64,000 nt of DNA from Candidatus Doudnabacteria bacterium (GCA_016218585.1 JACRDK010000030.1:24277-88276); one strand, 5' to 3'. Shown: positions 35,017-45,601, counted from the stretch's first letter. Translations and numbers: made by a program. Notes: generated by a model not told the origin, from the sequence alone.

Positions 35017-36450
35017 ATGAAAAAGACCGAACTTCTTTTTAACTTAATTTCCATTCCGGTGGACGCTATTTCCTTGCTTTGTGCGGGAATTGCGTCTTTT
35101 TATTTGCGCCAAAAAACCACCACCATTGTCGGGCCAATTATTTACCAATTGGAAATAAACAGTTTCCTGTCCGTGGTCTACAAAATAATTTTGTTTTTAA
35201 TTATCCTGTTTGCGCTGCTTGGTTTGTATAACTTAAAGGGCACCCGCAAATTTATTTCTGAGTTGGGCAGGATTGTCGTCGGCGAGTCGCTCGGGCTTTT
35301 GCTAGTTATATTATTATTCTTTTTTAATCAAAATATTTTCCCATCCAGGTTCATAATTTTGGCTACTTGGGGTTTAGGGATAGTTTTTGTTATTTGCGGC
35401 CGTTTAATTTTAAAACTTTTCCAGACATTTTTGTTTGCTAAAAATATCGGCCTGCATAAATTAATTGTTATAAAAGGCGGCGTGGAGCAGCCGGTTATTG
35501 AGAGCGTTTATAAAAACAGGCGCAATGGCTACGAAATTGTAGCCGAATTGCCGGTCAATGAAAAACTTTTGGAAAAACTGGAAGAGTTTTACAACCGCGG
35601 ACAAATAGACGAAATTCTCCAAACTAACGCCGGATTGGGTGACGCTGATAATTTAAAATTGGTTCAGTTTGCCCGCGGCAAAGGGCTAAAGTTTAGTTTT
35701 GTTCCAAATTTGTTCGAGGTGCAGCGCAACATTATTGAAACAGAAAGCGTGAATGGCTTGCCGGTAATTAGTTTAAAAAATACCCCGTTGGACGGCTGGG
35801 GAAAAGTTATAAAAAGAATTTTGGATGTTGTTGTGAGTTTTGTTTGCCTGTTGTTAACCTCGCCGCTTTTTTTAATAATTACAATTGCAATTAAACTTGA
35901 TTCCAAAGGCAAAGCAATATACTCCGCCTTGCGCGGAGGCCGCGGAAAAGATTTTCGGTTTTACAAATTCCGCAGCATGTATCAGCACTTAAGCGTTGGA
36001 AAAGAATATGGCGGGGAAAACGCGGAAAAAATCAGGCAGGAGCTGTGGCATAAAAATGACCGCGGCGGGGAAAATGGCCCGTTCTTAAAAATTAAGGACG
36101 ACCCCAGGGTTACTAAAGTTGGGAAGTTTTTGCGCCGCAGCAAGTTAGACGAAATTCCGCAGTTTTGGAATGTATTAAAAGGGGATATGAGCATGGTTGG
36201 TCCCAGGGCTCATGTTTTGGACGAAGTTGAACGTTATAGGAACCGCTATCCAAGAATGTTTAGCATTAAGCCGGGAATTTTTGGGCTTTCCCAAATTGCC
36301 CAGGTATCCTGGCCGGACTTGCCGTTTGAAGAAGAAATTCGCCTAAATACTTTTTACATAGAAAATTGGTCCGTCTGGCTGGACATAAAAATTTTGGCAA
36401 AGACTTTTTGGCTGTTATTTTTTGCCAAAAAACCAAAAACCGATTATTAA
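35017..36450 (+). CDS. Polyprenyl-phosphate sugar phosphotransferase (initiating glycosyltransferase, WbaP/WcaJ-like)
   Basis: N-terminal TM bundle, CoA-binding-like central region, C-terminal bacterial sugar transferase domain (MSMVGPRAHVLDE..., PGIFGLSQIAQVSWPDLPFEEEIRLN...YIENWSVWLDIKIL). Confidence 0.85.
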   Translation: MKKTELLFNLISIPVDAISLLCAGIASFYLRQKTTTIVGPIIYQLEINSFLSVVYKIILFLIILFALLGLYNLKGTRKFISELGRIVVGESLGLLLVILLFFFNQNIFPSRFIILATWGLGIVFVICGRLILKLFQTFLFAKNIGLHKLIVIKGGVEQPVIESVYKNRRNGYEIVAELPVNEKLLEKLEEFYNRGQIDEILQTNAGLGDADNLKLVQFARGKGLKFSFVPNLFEVQRNIIETESVNGLPVISLKNTPLDGWGKVIKRILDVVVSFVCLLLTSPLFLIITIAIKLDSKGKAIYSALRGGRGKDFRFYKFRSMYQHLSVGKEYGGENAEKIRQELWHKNDRGGENGPFLKIKDDPRVTKVGKFLRRSKLDEIPQFWNVLKGDMSMVGPRAHVLDEVERYRNRYPRMFSIKPGIFGLSQIAQVSWPDLPFEEEIRLNTFYIENWSVWLDIKILAKTFWLLFFAKKPKTDY

Positions 36451-36459
36451 ATTTTAAAC

Positions 36460-37617
36460 ATGAATGTTGCCTTAGCTCATGATAGTTTAACGCAGTTGGG
36501 GGGTGCTGAGCGCGTGCTGGATGCTTTGCACGAAGTTTATCCAGACTCTCCGGTTTTTGTTTTAGTGATGGACAAAAAGCTTAAGCAAAAATATCAGGCC
36601 TGGGATATTCGCACTTCGTGGCTGCAGGTTATTTATAATTTTTTGCCAAAACTGCAGTATTTGTTGCCGTTAATTCCTTTGGCTGTTTCCTCTTTAGATT
36701 TTAGCGGCTACGACGTGGTAATTTCTTCCAGCTCAGGGTTTATTAAAAATATAAAAACCCCCAAAAATAGCATTCATATAAATTATTGCCATACTCCTAC
36801 CAGATTTTTGTGGAGCGAACCGGAATATGTTGACCAGGAAGTGCCAAAAATTTTAAGGCCGCTGGCAAAATTATTTTTAGCCTGGATGAAAAAATGGGAC
36901 TTTAAGGGCGCGCAAAGAGTAAATTATTTTTTAGCCAATTCCAAAGAAGTGCAAAAAAGAATTACTCAATATTATAAACGCGGAAGCGAAGTAATTTATC
37001 CATTTGTTGATACAGCTTTCTGGAAGCCAAGTAAGTGGCGTCATTCTGAGGGATTGCAGCCGACCGAAGAATCCCAAAATGGAAATCCAACGAATCTCGT
37101 TCAAAATGCCGCAGCAGGCAAAAGCAACTATTTTTTGTTAGCCGGACGGCTGCAAGCGCACAAAATGAATGAATTGATAATAAATATTTTTAATAAACTA
37201 AAACTGCCGCTCCATGTAGTTGGAACCGGCAGGCAGGAAGAATATTTAAAATCAATTGCCGGCCCCAATATTACTTTTTTAGGCCGGGTTACCGATGAGC
37301 AGTTAAGAAGTGAATACAGCTCGGCATTGGCTTTTATTTACCCCCAGGTGGAAGATTTTGGCCTTATGCCGCTGGAAGCTGCCGCTTGTGGGACCGCAAC
37401 GATTGCTTACGGCAAAGGTGGCGCGCTTGAGACAGTTATGCAGAATGCCACAGGAGAGTTTTTTTATTCATATAATCCGGAAGAGATTTCCAAACTAATA
37501 ATTTCCTTTAATCCGGAAAAATATTCTCAAGAAGTCTTCCGCCGCCAGGCAGAAAAATTTAGTAAGGATAAATTTAAAAGCGAAATTGTAAATTTTATTA
37601 ATTCTTTAAATTTATAA
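36460..37617 (+). CDS. Family 4 glycosyltransferase
   Basis: FIYPQVEDFGLMPLEAAACGTATIAYGKGGALETV. Confidence 0.85.
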   Translation: MNVALAHDSLTQLGGAERVLDALHEVYPDSPVFVLVMDKKLKQKYQAWDIRTSWLQVIYNFLPKLQYLLPLIPLAVSSLDFSGYDVVISSSSGFIKNIKTPKNSIHINYCHTPTRFLWSEPEYVDQEVPKILRPLAKLFLAWMKKWDFKGAQRVNYFLANSKEVQKRITQYYKRGSEVIYPFVDTAFWKPSKWRHSEGLQPTEESQNGNPTNLVQNAAAGKSNYFLLAGRLQAHKMNELIINIFNKLKLPLHVVGTGRQEEYLKSIAGPNITFLGRVTDEQLRSEYSSALAFIYPQVEDFGLMPLEAAACGTATIAYGKGGALETVMQNATGEFFYSYNPEEISKLIISFNPEKYSQEVFRRQAEKFSKDKFKSEIVNFINSLNL

Positions 37618-37618
37618 T

Positions 37619-38311
37619 ATGGAACTTAAAAATAAAGTAATTGTTATAACTGGTTCTAGTAAAGGCTTAGGTAAGGGTTTGGCTAAGGCATTTATTCAAC
37701 ATGGTTCCATTGTTGTTTTAAATGGCAGAAATAAAACCGAGTTAGATTCAGCCGCTAAAGAGCTTAATTGCTTTGCGCTAGTTGGTGATGTCTCCAAAGA
37801 GCAGGAGCTTGAAAGTTTAAAAGATAAAGTGTTAGAGAAATATGGAAAAATTGACGTATGGATTAACAATGCGGGCTTTTGGATTCCGCGTTCTACGGTG
37901 GAAGATACTGACTGGGCCGGGGTTGCTCACAAATTGTTTGAGGTTAATTTTTTCGGAACAGTTTTTGGCTCTAAAGTTGCCCTAACACAAATGAGGCGTC
38001 AAGGTTCCGGCGTTATTATAAATATTTTATCAACTGGGGCATTGGATGGCAGAGAAAAATCTTCGGCTTATCGTTCAAGTAAATTTGCTGCTGCTGGCTT
38101 TACCAAGTGTTTAAGGAGAGAGCTTGCTGGCAGCGGAATATCAGCGCTTTCAATTTATCCCGGTGGAATGAAAACTAATTTATTTGATGCAGAGATTCCA
38201 GAAGACTTTGATAAATATATGGAAGTCGATTTTGTAGCAGACAAGATTCTAAATAATCTTTTGAGTGACAAATCGGAAGAAGAATTAATTATTGCCAGGC
38301 CAAATAGATAA
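37619..38311 (+). CDS. Short-chain dehydrogenase/reductase (SDR) family oxidoreductase
   Basis: KVIVITGSSKGLGKGLAKAF (TGxxxGxG), NNAG, catalytic YRSSKFAAAGF (YxxxK). Confidence 0.85.
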   Translation: MELKNKVIVITGSSKGLGKGLAKAFIQHGSIVVLNGRNKTELDSAAKELNCFALVGDVSKEQELESLKDKVLEKYGKIDVWINNAGFWIPRSTVEDTDWAGVAHKLFEVNFFGTVFGSKVALTQMRRQGSGVIINILSTGALDGREKSSAYRSSKFAAAGFTKCLRRELAGSGISALSIYPGGMKTNLFDAEIPEDFDKYMEVDFVADKILNNLLSDKSEEELIIARPNR

Positions 38312-38317
38312 TTTATT

Positions 38318-39439
38318 ATGAAAATCGCGATTGATTTAAGAAGCTTGTCCAGCGGCAGCATATCGGGCGTAGAAAATTACTGTATAAACCTGGTAGACAG
38401 CCTGCTAAAACTGGATAAGGAAAACCAATACATACTATTTTACAATGCTTTTTCCAAAAAACTTTTGGGTGATTTTCACTTTGTAAATTCGCAAGTTAAA
38501 CACTCCAAGCTGCCAAATAAAGTTTTAAACTTGCTATTTAAAACAGGCATGATTAATGTGGAAAAATTGGCAGGGGAGTTTGACTTGTTTTTTATGCCAA
38601 ACTTAAATCAGTACAACATTTTGCCCGGCGCCAAGCTGGCAATAACCGTGCACGACCTGTCCCCGGTAATCACCCCGGAATTTTATGATGCGAAAAGGCG
38701 GCTCTGGCATAAATTTTTAAATTATAAAAAAGCATTTAACCGCGCCGATAAATTATTCGCGGTTTCCGAATACACCAAGAATGATCTTATAAAAGTTTTT
38801 GGCATAAATGAGGAAAAAATTAAAGTAATCTACCCTGGGCTAGACCACGGCTTATTTAACGAAAATATATCCGAAGAAAAACAAAGACAGGTTCGCAACG
38901 AATACGGCTTGCCGGGAAATTTCTTTTTGTTTTTAAGCACCGTTGAACCAAGGAAAAACCTTGCCGGATTAATTAAAGCGTTTGAGCAGGTTAAAAGCCC
39001 TGCCTCTTTGGTTGTGGCCGGGCGCTTGGGGTGGAAATACAGAAAAGATTTTGAGTTAATTAAACACAGCAAAAAAAGTGCAAAAATTAAGTATATTGGC
39101 TATATTAAAGAGAGCGACAAGCCGGCGCTAATAAAGTTAAGCAAGGCTTTGGTCTACCCGAGTTTCTACGAAGGGTTTGGCTTCCAACCCTTAGAAGCAA
39201 TGGCCATAGGCACTCCGGTTGTAGCTAGCCAGGTCACCTCTTTGCCCGAAGTTAGCAACGGCGCGGCTTTTTTGGTTAATCCATATAATGTTGGCGATTT
39301 AACTGCGGCTTTAGAAGCTGTCTCTGAAAACGAAAGTCTAAGGCAGTCTTTAATTTCAAAAGGCCTGGACAGAGCCCAAAAGTTTACTTGGCAAAAAGCG
39401 GCCGCAGAGGTTTTGGAAAATTTTAAATCTATAAAATAA
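38318..39439 (+). CDS. Family 4 glycosyltransferase
   Basis: EGFGFQPLEAMAIGTPVVASQVTSLPEV. Confidence 0.85.
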   Translation: MKIAIDLRSLSSGSISGVENYCINLVDSLLKLDKENQYILFYNAFSKKLLGDFHFVNSQVKHSKLPNKVLNLLFKTGMINVEKLAGEFDLFFMPNLNQYNILPGAKLAITVHDLSPVITPEFYDAKRRLWHKFLNYKKAFNRADKLFAVSEYTKNDLIKVFGINEEKIKVIYPGLDHGLFNENISEEKQRQVRNEYGLPGNFFLFLSTVEPRKNLAGLIKAFEQVKSPASLVVAGRLGWKYRKDFELIKHSKKSAKIKYIGYIKESDKPALIKLSKALVYPSFYEGFGFQPLEAMAIGTPVVASQVTSLPEVSNGAAFLVNPYNVGDLTAALEAVSENESLRQSLISKGLDRAQKFTWQKAAAEVLENFKSIK

Positions 39440-40566
39440 TGGCGAAAAGAATTGGTCTAGACATTAGAATATTTGGCAGCATGAATGGCGGAATTGGCCG
39501 CTATGCTTTTGAATTATTTACCAGAATTTTGGAGCTGGATAAAGAGAATCGCTACTTTTTATTTTACAACAAGAAAAATGTTGACTTTAAAGATTTGGAA
39601 AGTTTTAAGAAATTTCCAAACGCCGAGCCGGTGGAAACTTCGGTGCGCCATTACTCAATAGCCGAACAAAGTTTATTTGTAAAAACATTGAATGATTTAA
39701 ATTTAGATTTGGTTCATTTTCCAAATTTTAATGTCCCGTTTTTTTATAAAAAACCTTATGTGGTAACTATTCACGATATGGTTCACCATAAAATCAGCGG
39801 CAATAAAAAAAGCCATTTATTGCATTTTTATGCCTATAAAAAAATTATAGAAAACGCGGCAATAAAAGCTAAAAAAATTATTACCATTTCGGATTTTTCC
39901 AAGCAGGAAATAATTAAGTATTTAAACGCGGACCCGCAAAAAATAAGCGTTATTTATGAAGGAACGTCATTGGGGACTAATGTGGAAGAGTCTTTTGTGG
40001 CGGAAGTAAAAAAACGCTATTTGCTTAGCCGTCCTTATTTTTTGTTTGTCGGAGTTTTAGAGAGAAAAAAGAATATTATAAATTTAACCAGAGGGTTTGA
40101 TTATTTTTTACAGAAATATAAATTAAACGTTGATCTGGTTATTGCGGGAAAAATAGACAAACACTATCCGGAAATTAAGCATAAAGCAATGGACATTAAG
40201 CATCAAAACCATTTGGTTTTTACCGGCTACGTGGATGACGACGAACTGCGCGCTCTATATAAAGGGGCATATGCCTATGCCTCGGCTTCGCTGCATGAGG
40301 GTTTTGGTTTGCCCGGAGTGGAAGCCTTGTCTTTTGGCTTGCCCTTGCTTGTCTCCAACTTGCCGGTTTTTAATGAAGTTTATGACAACGCGGCTCTTTA
40401 CTTTAATCCGCTTGACCCAAAAGATATTGGTGAAAAAATGAATTTGCTTGTAAGAGACAATCAATTTTATTCCCAGGTTCAGGAAAAAAGCCATTCAAGA
40501 AGTTTGTTCTTTGACTGGAACAAAACCGCGCGCGAAACTTTGGCAATTTATAAACAAAATTTATGA
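39439..40566 (+). CDS. Family 4 glycosyltransferase
   Basis: EGFGLPGVEALSFGLPLLVSNLPVFNEV. Confidence 0.85.
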   Translation: MAKRIGLDIRIFGSMNGGIGRYAFELFTRILELDKENRYFLFYNKKNVDFKDLESFKKFPNAEPVETSVRHYSIAEQSLFVKTLNDLNLDLVHFPNFNVPFFYKKPYVVTIHDMVHHKISGNKKSHLLHFYAYKKIIENAAIKAKKIITISDFSKQEIIKYLNADPQKISVIYEGTSLGTNVEESFVAEVKKRYLLSRPYFLFVGVLERKKNIINLTRGFDYFLQKYKLNVDLVIAGKIDKHYPEIKHKAMDIKHQNHLVFTGYVDDDELRALYKGAYAYASASLHEGFGLPGVEALSFGLPLLVSNLPVFNEVYDNAALYFNPLDPKDIGEKMNLLVRDNQFYSQVQEKSHSRSLFFDWNKTARETLAIYKQNL

Positions 40567-41669
40567 GAATATTGTTGGTTGGCGGCGGCAGCGGCGGGCC
40601 GGTTTCACCGCTTCTGGCGGTCGCCGAAAAAATTAAATTAACGCACAGCCAGGCAAAATTTTTGCTGGTCGGCACTAAGACTGGCCCGGAAAAGGGGATG
40701 GCGGAAAACTACCGCATCCCGTTTTTGGCAATTCATAGCGGTAAGCTGCGGCGCTATTTTTCCTGGCAAAATTTTCTTTCCCCGGTTTTTATTATTGCCG
40801 GATTTTTCCAGTCCATAAAAATAATAAAAGATTTTAAGCCCGATTGTGTTTTTGGGGCCGGCAGTTTTGTCCAGGTGCCAATGGTTTGGGCGGCTTGGTT
40901 TTTGCGCGTGCCGGTTGTTATCCATCAACAGGATGTTTTTCCCAGCTTGGCAAATAAGCTTTGCCAATTGGCCGCAAGTAAAATTACCGTAACATTTTCC
41001 TCAAGCCTGTCCGCCTTTGCCAGCAACTTAGGGTTTTTTTATAAAAAAAAGCAGGACAAAGTAGTTCTTACCGGCAATCCATTTCGGCAGGAATTAGACC
41101 AGGGCTTAAAACTTCAAGCTTTAAAAGAGTTTAACTTAAAACCCGATATGCCAACCCTGCTGGTTTTAGGCGGAGGCACGGGAGCGGAATTCTTTACCAA
41201 GCTAATGTCGGAAGCTATGCCTATTTTGGGAAAAACCGCCCAGGTTATTCATTCTACCGGCAAGGGGAAAATGCCCAAAGAAAATTTTGAAAACTATTAT
41301 AAAACTGAATTTCTAAACTCAGGCCAGCTGGCTAACGCCTACGCGGCCGCGGATATTGTGCTTTCCCGGGCAGGGCTCGCGACTATTACCGAGTTGTCAT
41401 TTTTGGAAAAATTAAGTATAATTGTCCCCATGCCGCAGAGCCATCAGGAAATAAACGGAGCATATTTGTTAGGCAAAGAAGCGGCTATAGTTTTGCCCCA
41501 GGAAAAAATAAATGCGCGGAATTTTACTAATTTAATACGCAAATTAATTTTTGACGTAGAAGCGCAGAAGTTTTTTCAGAAAAATATGGGCAAACTAATG
41601 CCAAAAGAAGGCGCAAAAAAAATTGCGGAGATTATAATTAAAATTGCGGAAACTAACAATGCAGATTAA
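40563..41669 (+). CDS. murG: Undecaprenyldiphospho-muramoylpentapeptide beta-N-acetylglucosaminyltransferase
   Basis: MRILLVGGGSGGPVSPLLAVAEKI (the G-loop of MurG); a roughly 370-aa GT28 architecture; overlaps the upstream GT4 stop by 4 nt. Confidence 0.85.
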   Translation: MRILLVGGGSGGPVSPLLAVAEKIKLTHSQAKFLLVGTKTGPEKGMAENYRIPFLAIHSGKLRRYFSWQNFLSPVFIIAGFFQSIKIIKDFKPDCVFGAGSFVQVPMVWAAWFLRVPVVIHQQDVFPSLANKLCQLAASKITVTFSSSLSAFASNLGFFYKKKQDKVVLTGNPFRQELDQGLKLQALKEFNLKPDMPTLLVLGGGTGAEFFTKLMSEAMPILGKTAQVIHSTGKGKMPKENFENYYKTEFLNSGQLANAYAAADIVLSRAGLATITELSFLEKLSIIVPMPQSHQEINGAYLLGKEAAIVLPQEKINARNFTNLIRKLIFDVEAQKFFQKNMGKLMPKEGAKKIAEIIIKIAETNNAD

Positions 41670-42588
41670 TACAGCAAAACCGACTTTAGGACTGGCTTTT
41701 TCCGGCAGCGGCAACCGCAGTTCGTTTTATGTTGGATTTTTGGAAGTATTGGATGAGCACAGCATCACGGTTGACCATATTGCAGCCTGCAGCGGAGGGG
41801 CACTGGCAGCCGCGGCTTATGCTTGCGGCACATTGCCGGAATTTAAAGAGAAAATATTTAGCCTTACCAGAGATTCTTTGAAAAGCTATTTGGTTAGAAC
41901 GTCCAATAATGGGGGATTGTATAATATAGATTTATTTGAAGAGCTTATGAGGGAGTTCACCAAAGGCCAAAATTTTGAAGATGTCCGCCCATTAATGTCG
42001 TTCGTGGCTATTGATATTGAAACCGGAGAGAAAGTGGTTTTGTGCATGGGTGACATAGCAAAAGCCGCCAGGATTTCCTGCACCTTACCCGGGGTATTTG
42101 AACCGGTAAAGTGGGGAGGAAAAACTTTGGTAGACGGCGGTCTTCTCACAATGGTTCCCGGTTTTGCTTTAAAACGGGCTGGAGTGGATGTAAGTGTTGG
42201 AATAAATATGCGAGGCACTAAACATATTTTTACCGAATCGCAAATTAACGCAAAAAAAGTTTTAAACTTTTTCAAAAAAATATTGTTTATAAACGAACTG
42301 GAAGAACTGTTTGGAAATTTGTTAAAATTAGAAGAATTGGACTTTGAAAAAAACCCAAATTTTTTCCAGGTAGTGGGCAAGAGCTTGGATTTAGCCATTA
42401 AGGCAAATAAAAATCCAAAACCGGAAGACGAAGAATGCACGCTGGTAATTGAGCCAAAACTTCCAAGGCTAAAACAAAGCGAATTTAGCCCGGAAGCGGT
42501 TAAATATTATTATGAAATGGGGCGTGAAGTAGCGCTGCAGTATGTGCCAAAAATTAACGAATTATTAAAGGTAGGGGTAAAACAATGA
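41644..42588 (+). CDS. Patatin-like phospholipase
   Basis: GLAFSGSGNRSSFYVGFLEVL (oxyanion G-G-x-R/K), ACSGGALAAAAYA (GxSxG nucleophile), VDGGLL (catalytic Asp, DGG). Overlaps murG by 26 nt and murC by 4 nt. Confidence 0.8.
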   Translation: MRKLTMQINTAKPTLGLAFSGSGNRSSFYVGFLEVLDEHSITVDHIAACSGGALAAAAYACGTLPEFKEKIFSLTRDSLKSYLVRTSNNGGLYNIDLFEELMREFTKGQNFEDVRPLMSFVAIDIETGEKVVLCMGDIAKAARISCTLPGVFEPVKWGGKTLVDGGLLTMVPGFALKRAGVDVSVGINMRGTKHIFTESQINAKKVLNFFKKILFINELEELFGNLLKLEELDFEKNPNFFQVVGKSLDLAIKANKNPKPEDEECTLVIEPKLPRLKQSEFSPEAVKYYYEMGREVALQYVPKINELLKVGVKQ

Positions 42589-44054
42589 ACGAACTTATAA
42601 ATTTGGAAGAAATTTTACAGCCCGGAGGAAAAATTTATTTTGTGGGAATTGGCGGCATTGCAATGTCTGCCGTTGCCGGTATGGCTGCCAAGCTTGGGTT
42701 TGAAGTGGCGGGGTCAGACAGTAAAGAGCTTTACTCGCCCTCAAAGGAGATTTTGGCCGAGCATAAAATAAATTGTTTTCTTGGTTATAAAGCGGAGCAG
42801 GTTGCGGAGGCAAAAGCTAATGTTTATGTTTTGTCGGCCGGGGAGAATGAAAATAATCCGGAAGTGGACTACATAATAAAAAACAATTTGCCTCGGGTGT
42901 CCTTTGCCGAGCTGCTCTATTTTTTTAGCAAAGACAGCTTAAGAGTTGTTGTTGCAGGCACGCACGGCAAATCCACCACTACCGGCCTGTTAGGGCATTT
43001 ATTTAAAAATTTGGACAACAGTTCCTTTTTAGCCGGAGGAGTTTTGCAAAATTACCAAAGCAATTTTTATTTGGGAGACGGCCACTATTTTGTTTTTGAG
43101 GGAGATGAATACAAGGCTCAGTTCGACGATCCGAGCCCGAAGTTCCATTATTACAAACCGGATATTTTAGTGCTTACCAATTTGGAGTATGACCACCCGG
43201 ATTTGTTCCCGAACTTTGAAAGTTTGCAAAGCGAGTTTAGGCTGCTAATTGAAAAAATGCCGGAAGACGGGCTGATTGTTTATAATGCGGATGACGCCGA
43301 ACTAAGCAAACTCGTTCACGAGTCCAATATTTCTACTGTGAGTTTTGGCATAGATAATGAGGCGGATGTAAAAACAGAGCAGATTCAGTTTGGCTCCGAT
43401 TTTACAACTATTGAAGTGCTAAATAAATTTTCAAAAAATGTCGCCACGCATTTAATGGGGCAAACCGAGCAGTATAAAATTCAGCTCCCAGGTAAAATAA
43501 ATGTTTATAATGCCTTGGCGGGAATTGCCCTGCTGCGTTCTTTAGGTTTTGCCCAGGAGCAAATTGCGTTGGAACTTTTAAGCTACCTAGGAATTAAAAG
43601 AAGATTTGAAGTCGTTTCTAAAAAGGGCGGCATTACCATTATTGACGACTACGCGCACCACCCAACCGCGGTAAGCGAAACGCTAAAAGCCGCTAAATTA
43701 AAGTACCCTGATTCTAAAATTTGGGCTGTATTTGAGCCTCACACCTTTAGCCGCACCAAAGCAACAATAAACGAGCTGGCGGCAAGTTTTGACCAGGCAA
43801 ATGAAGTGCTGTTGTCCGAAATTTATCCGGCCAGAGAAAAAGCCAGTACGGGCGGAATAACTTCCGGAGATGTAATAAATGCAATTAAGGAGCATAATAC
43901 AAAACACAAAATACATAATACAATAAGGCATGTTGCCGACAAAGAGCAGGCACTAAATATTTTGCGAGAAGAATTAAAATCCGGAGATGTTGTCATTATT
44001 ATGGCCGTTGGCGCCTTTAACCGCCTGGCCTATGAATTAAAGGAGATTATATGA
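42585..44054 (+). CDS. murC: UDP-N-acetylmuramate--L-alanine ligase (MurC; Mpl-type ligase not excluded)
   Basis: IYFVGIGGIAMSAVAGMAAKLGFEVAGSD, GTHGKSTTTGLL (P-loop), YNADDAEL; position between murG and murB. Confidence 0.8.
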   Translation: MNELINLEEILQPGGKIYFVGIGGIAMSAVAGMAAKLGFEVAGSDSKELYSPSKEILAEHKINCFLGYKAEQVAEAKANVYVLSAGENENNPEVDYIIKNNLPRVSFAELLYFFSKDSLRVVVAGTHGKSTTTGLLGHLFKNLDNSSFLAGGVLQNYQSNFYLGDGHYFVFEGDEYKAQFDDPSPKFHYYKPDILVLTNLEYDHPDLFPNFESLQSEFRLLIEKMPEDGLIVYNADDAELSKLVHESNISTVSFGIDNEADVKTEQIQFGSDFTTIEVLNKFSKNVATHLMGQTEQYKIQLPGKINVYNALAGIALLRSLGFAQEQIALELLSYLGIKRRFEVVSKKGGITIIDDYAHHPTAVSETLKAAKLKYPDSKIWAVFEPHTFSRTKATINELAASFDQANEVLLSEIYPAREKASTGGITSGDVINAIKEHNTKHKIHNTIRHVADKEQALNILREELKSGDVVIIMAVGAFNRLAYELKEII

Positions 44055-44542
44055 ACGAATTTGGTGGAACCATAAATGAAGAAAATATCAAAAACAATAA
44101 GCCAGCAAATAGAGCTGAGGAGCTGTATTCGGAGATGTTTACTGGAGAAGAGGATAAATTCCTCAAAAGCTACAAAACTTTAAGCAGAGAAGTTCCAGAA
44201 AAAATACAAAATGATAAACTAAAATATAATAGATTATCAAATGCGATATCCATTTTTGAGGAAAAATATTCTCACGACAAAGAAAAAACAATTAGAGATT
44301 TTGAAGATCATCTTTCAATAGAGTTAAGCGGGTTACTTACCTCAACCCCTGCTGGCAAGAGAGATAGTGATTATTTTAAATTAGTTGAAGTTATAAAATC
44401 AATAATTGATTCAACAAAAGACTTTAATGAGTTTGGCCTTAATGATTCCGACCATCTCTCTAAGGCAAAAGAAGAACTTAAAAGGCATCTGGAGGATATT
44501 GATAGAGATTTGAATCTGATAAACAAAAAGCAAAATAAATAA
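44051..44542 (+). CDS. Hypothetical acidic coiled-coil protein inserted between murC and murB (translationally coupled on both sides)
   Basis: 163-aa ORF, Lys/Glu/Asp-rich, no recognisable motif; ATGA overlap with murC and its stop immediately precedes the murB ATG. Confidence 0.5.
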   Translation: MNEFGGTINEENIKNNKPANRAEELYSEMFTGEEDKFLKSYKTLSREVPEKIQNDKLKYNRLSNAISIFEEKYSHDKEKTIRDFEDHLSIELSGLLTSTPAGKRDSDYFKLVEVIKSIIDSTKDFNEFGLNDSDHLSKAKEELKRHLEDIDRDLNLINKKQNK

Positions 44543-45601
44543 ATGCAAATCCAGGAAAATGTTATTTTAGCCCCATATACAACATTTAAAATTGGCGGAC
44601 CGGCCAGGTATTTTTGCATTGTAAAAGACCAGTTCGACGCCCTGGAAGCCTATGAATTTGCAAAAGAAAAAAAGTTGAAAACTTTTGTGTTAGGCGGCGG
44701 CAGTAATTTGCTTATTAGCGACGAAGGTTTTGACGGTTTGGTAATAAAAGTAGTTAATAAAGGCATTGAGGTGCTCAAAGAAGACGAATCTCGCGTTTTA
44801 TTGCGCGTAGCAAGCGGCGAAGTTTGGGACGAAGTGGTGCGTTTTGCCGTTACCAATAATTGGTGGGGAATAGAAAACTTGTCCCATATTCCGGGTTCCA
44901 GCGGAGCCATTGCCGTGCAGAATGTTGGAGCTTACGGACAGGAAGCCAGCAGGGTAATTGAATCTGTTACGGTTTTTAATAAAGACACCCACCAAATAAT
45001 TTCCATTAATAATCAGGATTGCAAATTTGCATATCGTAAAAGTATTTTTAACAGCGAGGAAAAAGGAAAGTATATTATTTTTAATATAGATTTTAACTTA
45101 TCAAAAATACCGGCTCCGGTTTTATCGTATCGCGATTTAAGCCAAAAATTTACAAACAGCATTCCTTCCTTGTCGGAAATTAGGAGCGCAGTTATAGAAA
45201 TTAGAAATAAAAAATTCCCGTTTCCGGTGGAAGCAAAAAATGGCAATGCCGGATCGTTTTTTAAAAATCCAATTTTAGAAGGCAGAAGTTATCAGGAGTT
45301 AAAAAATAAATTAGCCAATTCGTTTGGCGCCTCGGCCGTGGAAGCTTTGGAAAAAAAGAAATTTGAGGAAGGGAACGTAATTAAAGTCCCCGCAGCTTAT
45401 TTAATAGATATTTGCGGACTTAAAGAACTTAAAAATGGCGGCGCGGCAATAAATAAAAATCAGCCTCTGGTTATTATTAACCACAGCGGCAAAGCTACGG
45501 CAAAAGACGTGCTTGGCCTTGCGGAAAAAGTTAAAGAAGAGGTTTATTCTAAAACCGGAATAAGTTTATTTTTTGAACCGGAGTTAATAGGCTTTAACTA
45601 A
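44543..45601 (+). CDS. murB: UDP-N-acetylenolpyruvoylglucosamine reductase
   Basis: ILAPYTTFKIGGPARYF, FAD-binding PCMH domain (FVLGGGSNLLISDEGFDGLVIK), C-terminal MurB domain. Confidence 0.9.
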   Translation: MQIQENVILAPYTTFKIGGPARYFCIVKDQFDALEAYEFAKEKKLKTFVLGGGSNLLISDEGFDGLVIKVVNKGIEVLKEDESRVLLRVASGEVWDEVVRFAVTNNWWGIENLSHIPGSSGAIAVQNVGAYGQEASRVIESVTVFNKDTHQIISINNQDCKFAYRKSIFNSEEKGKYIIFNIDFNLSKIPAPVLSYRDLSQKFTNSIPSLSEIRSAVIEIRNKKFPFPVEAKNGNAGSFFKNPILEGRSYQELKNKLANSFGASAVEALEKKKFEEGNVIKVPAAYLIDICGLKELKNGGAAINKNQPLVIINHSGKATAKDVLGLAEKVKEEVYSKTGISLFFEPELIGFN

